Below the pieces are notes generated by a model. That model was not told the origin of the DNA and ran no database searches. It worked only from the letters and a program-made list of their open reading frames with translations. Shown in pieces: positions 1 to 14,073 of a stretch of 64,000 nucleotides of DNA; positions within the stretch are counted from its first letter, which is position 1; every line of letters starts with the position of its first letter. The stretch comes from Trichoplax sp. H2 (Eukaryota): assembly GCA_003344405.1 (NCBI GenBank), contig NOWV01000020.1, forward strand, positions 744,001-808,000, written 5' to 3'. A program made the translations under genes and the position numbers.

Positions 1-3000
1 TGAGGGCTACGAAGGATAGCTTTGTCAAGGTAAAAGCCATTCCTTGTCGATACAACTATACTTGGGTCTATAAATCAAACGCAATGACTTTTAATGTAAT
101 TTGTAGGATAAAAATTGCAGGTAAATTTCAAGAGAATTAACACACCAAAATCGATGAAAGAAATCTTAACATACCACTTTTTTTAAAGTTTGTACCAGGA
201 AAAATATAGTTGCTTTGCCAAGTCCAATCCATCCTCAGATTTCTTTGCGGCTGAGACCAGCCGCAAAAGCCCTTATCAAATTTGCAAGAAGTGGTATTCC
301 CACTTGATTGCTCACATGCAACAACAGCCACAGATTGCGGGTTATTACAAATGTAGCTACCATTAGTATTACGCAAACTTGGGCAATGTTCTATTGATGA
401 TTCTAAACCAGTGCAGTTGTATGACGCTACTTGATAGCTACTTTGAGGATTGAGTGGAGAACCTAGATTATTTATAAAGTAATAATCTCAATTGAGATAA
501 AAAATATAAAAAATTAGAAAGCCTATGCTCTATACGCTTTACCAGGATAGTGACGAGATGATACATAATATCCCATTTGGCGACAAAGAACGTTTGCTGT
601 ATTATTACTAAGATTTTCCGCACACATATAACCCCAAACTCCATGTGCTTTAATTTCTACGACACCGGACAAGTAATTGGATAACTGAACCGACTCTGTT
701 ATTTGCATTTGAGTTCCTAGAGATTTCGTAGTAGTACGTAAAGGATAGGAAGCTAAAGGAAAACATAATTAAAACGATTAAAATGCATTTAAAGAAATAA
801 AACTTTAAACGATAACATTATTTAGCAAACATTTATTTTAAGATAAACATAAGACTTTCTATTTAATTGGGGCCAAATATTTAAAATAAGTGTGCTTTAG
901 CTCTAGTAGATGATGTAGGATTGTTTGTTTTTTAGTTCTTTCATTTAAATAATCCAGGAACTTAGGAATACCTAACTAGAACAGCTTCAAAAATTCTACA
1001 GTAAAGAATGTAGATACTACCGATCATTCTAAAGGATGTGCAGTACATAAAATCCTAGCACATTAACCAATAATTAATTATAGTGGCCAATATATAGGAA
1101 GGCTTACAAATTAAAATAATGACTACATTGCCCTATTTATATTAGTAGACCCAGCCGATTATACCAATTTCATGGCACAGCATTTTTACAAATTCAATAT
1201 AATTTTATAATAATTAAGAACTTCATTCATAAGAAAACGTTATAAATTGCTGGCTATCAGCAGCATTTGTATGTGTACATACTCGTTGTAGATCCTCCAT
1301 AGCAAGAAGGAATATTGCAATACTCCGATACTTTCTGTGAATTAGTTGTATAACACCACGGCCTAGAGCTTTTTCCACCAGGATTTCGACAGTAATTAAA
1401 CGATAAGTCATCATCTGGATATTTTGAAGGTGAATAGCTATGATTATGTGGGGAATTCGACTTCCATTGCTGACAATTGTAGCCGCTAATCGTTTTCGTA
1501 ATGCTACCTCTATAGTAAACTCCATTACCAGTATAACAATTTACTTCTATTATGATAATAAAAAATTTTCGTTAAAGGAATTTGAGGTTTCAAAATTCGA
1601 TAAATTTCCGAACTTACCGTACGGCGCAATTAAGATATAGTCAACTTCAATTTGCCCACCATGTCCTCTTCCCAAAACACCATCAAGAATAATCTATTGA
1701 CCAAAACAATTATCACCAGTGAGCATGAGAGTTTCTACATTTATTGACTAATGCATAAGTTAGCTTAACTTGCTTTAAGTATTTATGCTTAATACACTTA
1801 GGGCTCCTACAAAATTTAGTAATAAAAATCATACTCGAGTTCTGCGTTGTCGCGGCGTAAAATGGAAATCAGCTTTACGCCAACTACTTGCACTTGATTT
1901 CGTAGTTGTTAACCAAACATCTTTATATTGATTAGTGTACAGGCCTGAGAATATAGCTAATTCATCAACGCCACTTCCGTAAAGCTTAAAATACATTAAA
2001 ACCTGAATAAATTCCATAAAAAAGATGACACGAATCATGTTAGAGGTTCCAAATAATCTACTCTACAAAGAAATCGATAATGAACTGACACATACGTATA
2101 CGCGTACGTTTATCATGTGATCATTAAAATATATGATGGTGAAAACATAACAGTAGTGACTCTACCACATACGTGTATAGCGTAATACGTAAAGAAATTG
2201 CTTTTATAAGATTCGAAAGCCGTATAAATTTTAAGATTAGCATTATCGTATTTTAAAGATATAATGCTATCTAATGTAGTTGGATCGTTATACTTTCGAC
2301 AAAGCCTCATAATTTATATAATAATAAATTAAATCCATTTAAACGATTTCTAATATGTTACTGAAGTATCCAAAGCTGTATCACTAAATTCTTAGTTCAG
2401 CATGAGTGATAATTCTAAAATTTTAATATAAATTTTATTAAGCTAGCAATTCTACAGTTGAGAATTTGAGAAAGTGTGTAAAATATGAGAGATTAGCCTA
2501 AAAACTAACTCGAAATTCTTGGACATTATTCGGCAATTCTACGACAGGAGAAAGCAGTTGAGCGAAATGATTGCTAAGAGATTGAGAACTAGCAAGGTAA
2601 GCGTAATGGCCTAAATAGAAATTAGAATAAAAATAAATACGATGCAAGATATTAAAAGATTACTACAGTATAAAATTATTTTTAAGTTGCGACATAGAAT
2701 TATAATAAAATATAGGACCTGTAGTTCCATCGTGTTTTGTCCCAGATACCCTAGCCCAGTCAAGATCGTCGCTACTCTTTTCTTGACTGAATTTACAAAA
2801 ATTCGAGCGGAAATCGCAAGAAGCAGCGATGGTACCTAAATAGTAATAAATGATTAAGAATAACTTAATAGAGTTCATAGTTAAGAATACACTCGTATAT
2901 CGAATGTGGCTATCACGCGGTTTCTATTTCCAGAAAAAGAAGATGTTTACTGTACGAAGAGTAATTAGGTTAGATGTTTAAATTTGAGTAGCCATCAATA

Positions 3001-6000
3001 TAGCATTACATAGGCTATCAGAAATAGGCATAACACTTTATATCTACTGTCACTAAAACCGCATACCAGCTAATTATTTATGTGGAAGACAAGACAATTA
3101 CTGCAGTTCAAGGTTTTCTTTCCATTGTGTCGCAAGCATGTGCGATCGTATCTTTTACTGGCACAATATATTAATCAATTTCAATTGTACATGATATGCA
3201 TATTAAAGCCAAACCTGCTCTTTTGGATCGATGCAATCTCAGGTAATCTTCTATTAGTAGAACGAGACATTAGAATAAAATATTAATAATTTTTATAGGA
3301 AGGAAGCTGAAAGCTACAACGAAATGTTATAACCGAAATCTTCTTTCAAAGTAATTTATATTTGTACAAAATCATCAAAAGCTGAAAGAGCCAAACGATG
3401 CACTGTAAAATCTAATTTGTTTTACTATCCTAATGCAATAAACAAGTAACGTCAATTTTACATGGGAGATATTGTGTGAAAGAAATTATTAATCATGTCA
3501 TATTGCTTGCCAACCTGAATCAATCTTTCTACAACGCAGATCAGACTCTCTCAATAACTGCAAGTTTAATAGTTGATTTTCCGATAATCTACATCTTCCA
3601 ATTAATGAGTGAGATGGCTGATTTTTCCACTCGACTATCCGTTGTAATTTGCAATCGTGGCAATCCAACGTGGTATCTTTTAATATTCTATGTCAGTTAG
3701 AAATGATTTATTCTTAGCCAAGAATATTTAAAACATTAAAAGATAAATATTACGATAACTATCAGCTTAGCAAATCACTGAATTTGAATCTCGGAGTTAT
3801 CTGAATATAAATCCAAACTACTGATAGCATCATGTGATTTATGGTATATATTAATAGTAAATTGAAATATCTGTCTTGAAAATTTTGATGTGTTCGGTAT
3901 GCATGACATGCATTAAGTAATGACTTTTTTTCATTGCTTAGCGAAAGCTCGTCTTCAATTCAAGTTACCTTTATCATGGTATTACGTTAGGGATCAGACA
4001 AGTATGTTACTGTCAATAAGCAACCATAATAAAGAATTTGAATTTAAGATTTGTTTACGATGATGACAGCATTTACATAATGTGCTTATAATGCTAGTAA
4101 TTATGAAAAGAAATGGGTATATCTAATAATCTTATGTTATTGTTGTTTGAGTCTTTGTATAGTATTTTGTAAGTAATTTTACGTTGCTAACTTTTGATAA
4201 CAAATAGTGTCACTGAGCCAACCTTTTCAAGTATACGGAAAAGGAAAATGAGACTAGAGCCAGTTTGTGAAATGCATTAATTTCTAGTTTCATTTCATCG
4301 GACTCTACTTTATTGTACATTTTATTTCACCAAGGACTATTCTAAAATCTGAGTATTTTAGACCATGCTCAATCATTCTAAACTAAGATTATTATTAACA
4401 AACAAACTAGCGACTACAAATGAGATAGAATGGCCTACTGGAAATTATAGAATAATCGGTAATAATGTTAAATTAGCACCATGAAAACCTTTTACTTTAT
4501 CTGTAAGCTATAGATACTGAAGGCAATCATTTTTCTTAAAACATATCAAAACCGTTACTCATTGAGACTTTTGTTCACGCAGACATCGTTGTGAGGAAAA
4601 TTGTACGCTAGTATATAGGATCATTAATAATAATATTGCATAAACAAACCGAGAACCTGATCAAAATAGTGGTAGCAACGTGTGATATAGAGATCTAAGA
4701 GTGCGAAAATCAAGTGGAAGGTTAAAAGAGGTTTTTCGTTTTTGTGTAGTCAGCAGTAAAACAAAAAGTAAATGAATGAAACGGAAGGCGATTTGAATAC
4801 ATCGAATTCGAGCAGTCTTTCATGTGATATTGGAGAACAATTTAAAACTCGACAATATTTCAATCAGGTATGTTTTACTGGCACTAATACCGGTATACTG
4901 TACCGAGTATAGTACTGCATGAAGAAGCGCAATTCTTCTTGATGGCTTTCGCAGTAACCGCGTTTGCAAAGAAATAAAATCATTCGAGTGCAGGATACAC
5001 CAAAGCACGTTATATTCTGCAGAATTGCATTACAATGCTTGCACTATGACAGGAGTTTCAGGATAGCCAGCTCATAACCAATTACTTCTATGTGGACTAT
5101 ACATTAATAAACTGCTACAGATAACTTAGCACCAAGTCGCAAGTGCCAACCGGCAGAAAGAATGGCAGATACATACTGTAATAACCTATACAAGATCTAA
5201 GATCTAGTAGAGTAATACACCTGTGGAAATTGAAGGGTACTTATTTGACTATCTAGGATAAAAGCAGATTTGATATCATGAACGCATTTTACTAGATGTA
5301 AGATGCTGCCTTGATAAGATTTTGAAAGAATAAATAACGCGTTACGCTTGTAAGAGCAAGACATTTTTACTCGATGACAATCTAAAAACACAGTTCATGT
5401 CAACTATTCCGGTATACTGTACATAAAGTCGATGTTATTGTACTATCATTCATGATTTGTTGTCCATTTTCACATACTGTACACATTAACTGATTGGAAT
5501 TAAATCAGAAAACAAGATTGATGATGCCAAAAAGTCATCAAATGATTGAATTAGCTGTAAAGTTGTAGCAGTCTTAGTTTCACTTGTTTAAAAACATGAT
5601 TTGTTCATTGTTATGATGATATTACGTGTACAGTATTAAGATATAGTACGGTTGAAGAAAGGAAATGTGCCGTTATCGCTGATAAGACAGTATAGCTAGC
5701 GCGTAAAAGTTATCAATAGACGAAATAGAACTATATAATGAAATTCAAACATAAGCAGGAAGACTACTGAAGAGAAAAGAGTGAACATCACTTACATTTG
5801 ATTAAACCCAGTCCATTCATTCTTCTTCCGTAATGCAGCATCCAAGGTATCACACAGTAAAACTTGATCACCATGATTTTGGCATCGTTGATGTTGTGAA
5901 TTTCTATCCAATGCATCATTCGTAATACTAAACTTGTTACAATATTTGCCAGTTAGATTGGCAAGTAGAACTGCTAGAATAACAACAAAGTGGCGTATCA

Positions 6001-6001
6001 T
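1..6001 (-). CDS. Receptor gene A (3' end outside window): signal peptide - degenerate LRRNT - LRRCT - RSKR linker - MAM - kringle - SRCR - MAM(partial)
   Basis: Manual GT-AG splicing with matching phases: 6001-5796 (MIRHFVVILAVLLANLTG...), 3687-3515 (LDCHDCKLQRIVEW...GRCRL...LRC, LRRCT), 3250-3215 (EDYLRLHRSKRA), 2835-2719 (CDFRSNFCKF...DLDWARVSG), 2610-2510 (GHYAYL...AQLLSP), 2002-1835, 1693-1618 (GQIEVDYI), 1546-1283 (CYTGNGVYYRG...NYCRNPGGKSSRPWCYT, kringle), 716-543 (GVVEIKAHGVWGYMC...VLCRQMGY), 462-175 (CTGLESSIEHC...CKFDKGFCGW), 67-1 (KAILRSP). Confidence 0.82.
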
Positions 6002-6648
6002 CTTTCTTATTTTATGCAAATATGCAAATCATCGTTGACCAACGTAGTTTTAAAGTTTACACGAAGCAATAGTAATACTGTACACAATTGAAAAGGAGGG
6101 CGAAAGTCTTATCGAAAGTACTTGATAAATCAACTATTACTGGATCATAATTACTGTATATGTGGATCACTTATTACACAAGATAGCTATTTAACGCTAG
6201 GGATTAGTAATGACTATGATGCTTTCTATATTGCAAGATAATACAGCCAAGTGTTGCACAGATTTCCTTGAATTTGATAACCGGCCGAGCGGATTTGATG
6301 AGAAAGCTTGATTTGCAACGCAAGGTATGTTAAAGTCAATTTAGCTAACGCTGGGCTATCAGTTTGTACTCATTTGACCGGAAATTTGGACTTCACCAGC
6401 ACCGACGGAAGTACAGTCTAAGTTGTACCGTACCGTACCGTACCGTATCAGGACAACTAAAAGAGAAACCATGGAGGGACGGACGGTCAACCATTTCATC
6501 ATAATTGATCATTTTGAATATAGCAACTAGCAAGTACTATCCAAATTTTGGATGGTCATTTCGCTATATCGAATAGGTACTGTGTACACTGTATATATAG
6601 TACACACTCTTTACACGACGTTTGAATGAAACAAGACCATTGAACCAT

Positions 6649-6702
6649 GGACTTCTCCATAAAAAATCCATTTTTATAAATGGATTTTCCATGGAGAAGT
6701 CC
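6649..6702. other. ~54-bp near-perfect palindrome/hairpin
   Basis: ggacttctccat-aaaaaatccattt ... aaatggattttcc-atggagaagtcc: the arms are reverse complements with a few mismatches. Confidence 0.75.
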
Positions 6703-9496
6703 CTGATTTAACTTGCTATGGTGGTGGTTGGTTCATGGTGATGGTCTACCTTCGACAATCAGCAGTCGCAATCATTTCTTGACAATGTGCATAGCTGTCT
6801 TGTACAATATACTGTACAAGTGTACACTGTACAAGTACAGTATCTGTATTGTACCGAGAGCTATTTCACAGTGACTAGTATACCGTGCCAGGCACCAAAG
6901 AGTACGAGTCTCGCTCGTGTCCTGCACAACTGTCCAATAAGTGTGTATGGGTAGGCATTACTAGAAGAAGACCCGGACTGATCACTGCCTCAGACAGGCG
7001 GACTTTTCCTTACTGTATGAGCCTGTCAATATCGAAAAATGACTTCTTACGTTATTAGTATAGATTTTCCACGGCTATTTTCTAAATCACTAGTACTAAT
7101 TGAAATAGCGTCTACGATCTTATGAAAGTTTTTCCAAGCAGAAATTTGTAACAGATAGTAAGATTCAATGCAATATGACCTAATTTAGAAAATATCAGCC
7201 AATTTTAAATCGACCCTTTACTGCACATACTAAAGTATTGTCATAATGCAGTGTTTAGCACTCTATTTTAAGGCCATGAGGCCTAAAATGTCTGTCCGTC
7301 CAAAGAGTGATTGGTCCTGTCCTGGTCTAGGTCTTCTGCCAAAATTATTGAATTTTTAGCATTTTTATTTTAGTTTTTCGGAAGATTTTACCGTTGAATA
7401 AAATATTAAAAATGAAATGAAAATGAATGTATTTTTTAGTGCTGCAAGGGAAATGGGTAGCGTTCAAGCGCTTTACTTGGATTGGTGTTATTATTGTTCT
7501 CGTGTGAACTGGACACTTGCAATAGTTCAGTCATGGACTTCTAAATACAAATGAGTTAGCAGGATAAGAAGGGATGTGCAGCAGTCCTATGGAGGTGATT
7601 GAAAGATCTACTACTGTACTGTGTATTTAGTGGTAGAGTAACTCACTGTACGTTTACCATACTTTACTACTACTCAGACTACTCAATATTCTTTTCATAT
7701 TTATCCCAATTTATGTATTAGTAAAGTACTGTACATTAATAAGGCAGAACCATACTGCATCCAACAGAGGCTATAGCCGCGATGCCTACACTACAATACT
7801 GTACTGTATATTACTGTGCCTGTACTCGCACACGATACACTAGACAATGTGCGGTATCAGCAAACCCTCATTTATCATAGGCCCTATGCGCTTAGGTTAC
7901 GAGACGTTTAGGTCCATGTCTTCTTTTAGTAGTCCATGGCTATTTCTATTTGCTACTGTGTTAAATCATGGTTTCAGCTATGCAGTACTATGACCACAGT
8001 CCATAATTAATCATGGAAATCTATGTTTCGTTATTATGATCAGCTCGTCGATTCCTCGCCTGTCATACTTCACGTACTGTACTGGTCCTTTTTACTTTAT
8101 ATATCACTGTCGACTCTAATCTAGTAATTGGTTATAGGAAATTTTTAGGCATATTGATTCTAAAAGTGTTGTCGACAGGCGATTGCAGTTACAGCTTGGA
8201 AGCTTACTTACATGCTCACAATTTCACAAACATTAGTGAATGTCACCAAATCGAATATTCTTACCATGGTCACTGTGTGACTATGCATCTTGCAGTACTG
8301 TTATACACCGACTACACTAACTGTAAAAATATCATCAAGGGATTTATAACTGGGGAACGAATCAGTCTATCTTGTCAATATTTGTAATTTTTATTGCACT
8401 TCAAAGGCTTGCAGGTGTAGTTGTTTAAGAAGTGATACAAATATAAAGCTAAATTCATACAAAGTAATGAAACTGATTTTCACAATTTCAATCTACACAT
8501 GCGCTCCGACTTTGAGCATCCACTTTCAGCCTGAGACTTGAAAACAAAATTGTATAAGTACCATATGAAAGAAAATAGATGGTATACGTACACTATCTAT
8601 TGAAGGCTAAATCCAAAAATATCCTGAAACGCACTTATTACGATACATAATTGAATATTCAATGATTATAACGTATTTTCCCTACAAGCTGATAGTATAA
8701 ATTAAATAAAATAAAATGCTACTACCTTAAAATTTCGACACCCTGTAATCGTTACAATTATAATAATTTAATGAACAAAACGAAATTTGGGATTGGTTCA
8801 ACATTTGCCTTAGTATTGAATTTATCAATGCTGATATGCCGTAATGCTACATTACCAAACTGTATAGTACTGAACTGCGTGAACAACCCTAAATGCTCGC
8901 ATGCAGATGGCTCAATAATGCATAACTGTACTGTACTATACCGAACTATCATGAACGATTAACTATTGTATATATATATATACAATTCTTTTATTGCTAT
9001 AAACAACTTCAAAAGCCAGTTGATTTCTTGAATACGGTACAGATGTACACTTGTACAGTACAAATGGGACAATTGTAAATTCGACAGTACGCAACTGCAT
9101 ATCAAACGATCTTAACTCATCATCCGAGCTATAAATCTACTATTTAAAGGCTGAATATTATAAAATCTTGTTGATCCCTTTACCTAGCCAATATTAAACT
9201 GATTTTTGTTGGTTAATTGTCAATTACTGTACGCATAGTTGGTACAAACTGTACAAATACTAAACTTGTATTGAGATTTTTAATAGTGGTAATTTCTCAT
9301 TACAAGCTTTAATAAAATATATATTTTAAGCATAAAAGGAACAGGTGATGGCAAGCGTAATTTACTTTGTCCTGCCAAAGATAGAATGCAATTTTGCTAC
9401 GTATAAATTTACCGCTACGGCCGACATTCTTTTTGTAGGTGGCAAATAAATGTTGCGTTAAAGCTAAACTTGCATTGTGCGCCCCATCCAGAAACC

Positions 9497-11857
9497 TTAT
9501 GCTTTAGGTTTTATAGCTGTTATATGCTGTAATTCTGTACGATCGCGATACTGAGCCTTCGCCTGATATCCGTGCTTACCGTGATGGCTGGCACCTTGAT
9601 GATCACTAGATTGTGGAGCTCTAGGATCTTGCTTAAAGTATCTAGCATCTCCAGGGCCGGACGGCGGAAGACGTCTTTGTAATTGCGGATCTTGGTCATC
9701 GCGATAGCGTCGACTTCGACGAAGTGTTAACTGACGGTGCCTAACCATGGTTGGATTACTACTGGGTGTATGTACACTACAAGCTTTAATAAATAACGCC
9801 ATAAACATAATAACACCAAGACAAATTAACGCTACAGCCCAAGGGTACTTTTTTATCCAATCCAACAAATTCTGGATAGTTTCGGCAGAAAATAGAATAT
9901 TCGTAAGTCTATTTAGTGGACCATCCTCGTTAACCTGTCTACATTTACCGAATACATCGCAATATCCAGTGAAGGCATTACATGGAGTACCCGGGGATAA
10001 ATTCTTAACTCCAGAAATCCAGCTGGCAACAGCGCATTTGCTAGTCTTATTCATGCAACAAATGCTACACAAATCTGTTGTAACTGTGCAAGTACATGAA
10101 ACTTGTCCGAACTTTTCGCATATAGATCCTTCGCATTGCCCTTCCTTACATACCTTAACACCATTAGCGCATGTAGTCTGAATATCTGGCTTTGGCTCAG
10201 CGGTTGGACAAGTATAATTAGTTCCATCACAGAAAGCTTCCAAGCTGCATTCTCCAGCCTTCGCGCAACTAACATTGCCAGCAGCCGGTTGGTAATTACA
10301 GGTTACCGGATTGCAGCACGGTCCCGCAGATGGGCTACAAGTTTTTCCAGTGACTAATTGACAAGGCTTATATCCCGGCGGAGTAAGTGCAGAGTTTTCA
10401 TATGGTGCGTTGCAACAACTATCTTTGCATCGCTGCCGATAGCCACAGTCACAGGCTTCACCTGCCTCAACTACCCCATTACCACAAATTGCTGCTTCTC
10501 TTGAGCGGAAACAACCGCCAGAGTTCGTAGCTCTACTATTTAATATAGGCTTAATGTAGTTTTTGCTGCAGCTAGAAAATTTCTTGTTATTAACCTTATT
10601 ACCGGCCGTTGCTTTTGGATACATAATAAAGTTACCTACAGAACCACCAGGAGCACAAGTTGGATTAGTTGTTGGGTCATGTTGAGATCCGAAATTATGA
10701 CCAAGCTCATGTGCTAGAGTAACCTCTGTCACTGCTGTGCTTACGTGAGATCCATAGTTCAGAATAGTAACTATGGCTGAATTCAAACTCATTGATTGTC
10801 CTTTATAGGGTTGAAATCGATCGCAAATACCACCAGCACCACCAGCGCCAGCTACCCAAGCCAGCCCTAATACTCCATTTTCGAAGTCGCGATTAGCAAA
10901 AGTCACAGCCAGACAAAAATCGTTGTGATTAGCTTGTGAAGCTATATCTAGATACTTGGATACGCCAATGTTAGCTGGAGCGAAAGGATTGTTAGGTTGA
11001 GAAGCATCTGCTGTAGTATTGATCTTTATTCTTTTGATAATAAAGCCAATATTATCTGCGAGGCCATCACCATCAAAATCAGTTGATGCATACATTCTTG
11101 TAGCACTTTGAACCAGATTACTTAGAACTCCAGTCGCTGTTTCAATATTATTATCGTAATACTTAGTAAACGTATGATCAGCTTGCACTAACAACTGGCA
11201 GGTGTTTTGAGTCGGCAGTTCGCGGGAACCACGTTGTATATTTTCTTCGGAATTTTTACGCGTATTTGACGGACGTTTCATTTGCCTGACTTCTTCTATT
11301 TTCTTTGCTACTTCTTGGTCAATTCCACACCCGCTGATAGGATGTGATCGTTTAAATCTTATATCAGACTTTCGATAAATAACAGAGTGAAATTTCTCTG
11401 GTGATGAGAAATAAGGTTTACTAGATTCTACGTAGTATTCATCTCCGTTGGAAATAATTTTTCCATGAAACTTATCATCCACTATTGTACCGTAAACTTC
11501 AGAATCTGACTCATCAGCTAGTTTGCCTTTCATTACGATACTTCGGTCGAACATATACGGTTTTCCGGATGATTCAACAATAAAATCGTTCGTAAATAGT
11601 CCATTGTCAGGTTCTAAGCGAAGTTTAAAGTGACGATCAAAAGCCCGAAAGTTCAGGCTTACAGGACTGTCGCCGACCGATCTCTTGATGCGATTGGATT
11701 TTCGAAGACGAGTTGTGTCGTAATTTAGTGTGTCATACACGTCAATATTGCCATTTAAATTCTTTCTTACCAAAGCGAAGCAGAACACAGCGTAAAATAA
11801 CAGCAAAAGGGAGAGAACGATCGCTTTATTAAGCCATTGGCTTAGATAGACAGCCAT
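9497..11857 (-). CDS. ADAM10: ADAM10/kuzbanian-like disintegrin and metalloprotease, single coding exon, 786 aa
   Basis: Signal peptide; prodomain with cysteine-switch-like SGCG and basic sites RIKR/RFKR/RGSR; zinc motif HELGHNFGSQHD (about 10711-10676) and Met-turn FIMYP; disintegrin CGNGVVEAGEACDCG; Cys-rich GTPCNAFTGYCDVFGKCR; TM WAVALICLGVIMFMALFI; ADAM10-type CSVHTPSSNP after the TM. Confidence 0.95.
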   Translation of the reverse strand: MAVYLSQWLNKAIVLSLLLLFYAVFCFALVRKNLNGNIDVYDTLNYDTTRLRKSNRIKRSVGDSPVSLNFRAFDRHFKLRLEPDNGLFTNDFIVESSGKPYMFDRSIVMKGKLADESDSEVYGTIVDDKFHGKIISNGDEYYVESSKPYFSSPEKFHSVIYRKSDIRFKRSHPISGCGIDQEVAKKIEEVRQMKRPSNTRKNSEENIQRGSRELPTQNTCQLLVQADHTFTKYYDNNIETATGVLSNLVQSATRMYASTDFDGDGLADNIGFIIKRIKINTTADASQPNNPFAPANIGVSKYLDIASQANHNDFCLAVTFANRDFENGVLGLAWVAGAGGAGGICDRFQPYKGQSMSLNSAIVTILNYGSHVSTAVTEVTLAHELGHNFGSQHDPTTNPTCAPGGSVGNFIMYPKATAGNKVNNKKFSSCSKNYIKPILNSRATNSGGCFRSREAAICGNGVVEAGEACDCGYRQRCKDSCCNAPYENSALTPPGYKPCQLVTGKTCSPSAGPCCNPVTCNYQPAAGNVSCAKAGECSLEAFCDGTNYTCPTAEPKPDIQTTCANGVKVCKEGQCEGSICEKFGQVSCTCTVTTDLCSICCMNKTSKCAVASWISGVKNLSPGTPCNAFTGYCDVFGKCRQVNEDGPLNRLTNILFSAETIQNLLDWIKKYPWAVALICLGVIMFMALFIKACSVHTPSSNPTMVRHRQLTLRRSRRYRDDQDPQLQRRLPPSGPGDARYFKQDPRAPQSSDHQGASHHGKHGYQAKAQYRDRTELQHITAIKPKA

Positions 11858-14073
11858 TACAGAGCAGCACTATCGTTTAAATTTTCTACCAAAAAAAAGA
11901 AACAACAAAGAATCAATCTACAGTATGTTTCCGTCAAATTATGCTAGAGAAGCTTAGTAACTTTTAACATAAGCGTATTCAGTGTCTAAGCATTCAGTTT
12001 CACAAGTATGTAATCTGTTTCTACTGTAGGCAATAATGAATGTAGGCTGAACTAGCTGAAGATTCTTATCAGTCAAAAGTCTACGGCGCAACAATTCAGG
12101 TCTTATTTCTGAGTGATTTTTTTTCAATTTAAATTGCCAACATGTCCAATGTGGTTGACCCAGAGTAATAAGATCGTAATACGCATCCTACAGCCTAGAA
12201 ATGAATGCACCATAGACCGAAACTACTTATTCGAGCATAGTATTGCCACACAGAATATCAGTTAAGAGTATCCGTCGAAAGCCTCTTATTTAAGCAACGT
12301 AAATTATGCTAGCATTACGTAATTGAATAACGTACGGAAACATGACAGTTATTCGAAAATACGAAATGTTAACAAATCCTTATTGCACTACGTTTAGCCA
12401 GCATGTAAATTTTGCTTTCGATCGTTTATTCATCTGTCTTGCTTCGGCAATACGTGAAGTTTCGTAAATCAGTTTGATAGGAAGAAAATTACAATGAGAA
12501 CACAAAATCAGCATTTAAAGGAATTAATACGCTAGAAATCATTCAATCTCTGCGACACATCTCGGTTTCTACGAAATAAGTATCCAAGAGACAGTAATGT
12601 TATGATTTATATGGATTATCTTGAGAGATTATAATCATCCGCTATCTCGGCATTGACACATTGAAGTAGCGTAATTAATTTAGGAAGGGCTTACGTGATC
12701 CCTAGTCGAAGGCGTTACTACGGTGTGTTTTAGCCTCGAACGTTAAAGTTTCACCTGGCAAGTTAACACTCTTGTCTAGTTTGTTGCAGCAAGTACAGTA
12801 CAGTAACGTAAAATTAGATCGAGTCTAACATAAACAATATGAAAACTGTACGTACAGTAATGACAGACGCGTAGTTGTATGCCATCAAAAATCGTGCCTT
12901 TCATCCATTTCCAGTACAGCGTTTTATAAATCATCTACTCTTGCACACGTACAATATTCAGTACAGTATAATGTTGTATTAGCACAATACAAAATAAATA
13001 TTTCCGTAACTGCGTTCACTTAAGAATTAAATTGTTCAATAACAACCAGTCCTACACGATAGCTATCTAATTGATGAGCTAAGGGCGGAAATGTCATGGT
13101 CGCATATTAATAATTTGGTCACATTTGACGAAACTTGAAATTATCATGCTACCGATATGAACTGTGCAACAATAGTAGCGCCAATAACACCTCTTTATTT
13201 CGAAAAAAAATCGTGAATGTTACTATTTTTCCCCTGTAAATTACCAATCATTATATAGTATTGAAAATATCCGTTTACTGTACTGTACAGTAAAATAATA
13301 TCTTTCTCTGAGTATCTGTCAACTAAAGTAAAACGGTCATGCCAATGTGCAACAATGTACTGCATATCCTCTTGAAAAAATATAGTACTGACTGTGTAAT
13401 GCAGTTGATGGTCAACAAAATATAGTGCAATATTTGAAAATTTTGAATCGGTGTTAGAATCATACTAGAAGTTGATCTATCTTAAGATATGATCTAAAGG
13501 GAATATTTGTTCAGTATACTGTACTGTACATCAGGAAACTCACACTACAGTAAATCAATAAATTATCTATCTAAAACAGGCGGATTCAAGTTTAGTCAAT
13601 GATATCTGTCCATTCGTATCGTCACTCCCGGATCGAAAGTCTATCGTCCTGTCTCGATGAATTGATTTTTGAAACTTTTTCAATAAGAAGATGTACATAT
13701 TATGCTTACCAGAAGGCACTATTCACAGTTTGGCTTGTATTTATTCAACGTCAGATTCACTGATCAGGTAGTCAAGGTTGACGGAAGACTTGCTCGTTTC
13801 TGAAAGGCAAATTGTCTCAGCCGGGCTTGCGCTAACTGGACAATGATGCAGTCTACTGGACTGTGCGCGTCAAGTGCTGTCTAAATGTCTAATAGTGTCT
13901 ATGTCAAAACTGTAACAAGAGGCGGTTATACGTTACGTGAAACAGTGTGCTGTTGACAGCCTGTAGTAGTCAATTCGATTCGATTTTATCATGTTTTCTT
14001 TCCTTTCTTTTAATTACACTAATGTTCAGTATGATGATTCATAGTTGAAGTTTTGGTTGAAGTAAACAACAAC

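Noticed and set aside
1223..1640. 100-aa minus and 66-aa plus ORFs
   Set aside because: Wrong-frame or antisense readings of the gene A kringle exon.
6900..9000. Possible small gene or ncRNA between gene A and ADAM10
   Set aside because: No consistent exon chain, protein motif or recognisable RNA structure.
9747..10357. ORFs of 144, 84 and 74 aa overlapping ADAM10
   Set aside because: Antisense or off-frame shadows of the ADAM10 CDS with no recognisable motifs.
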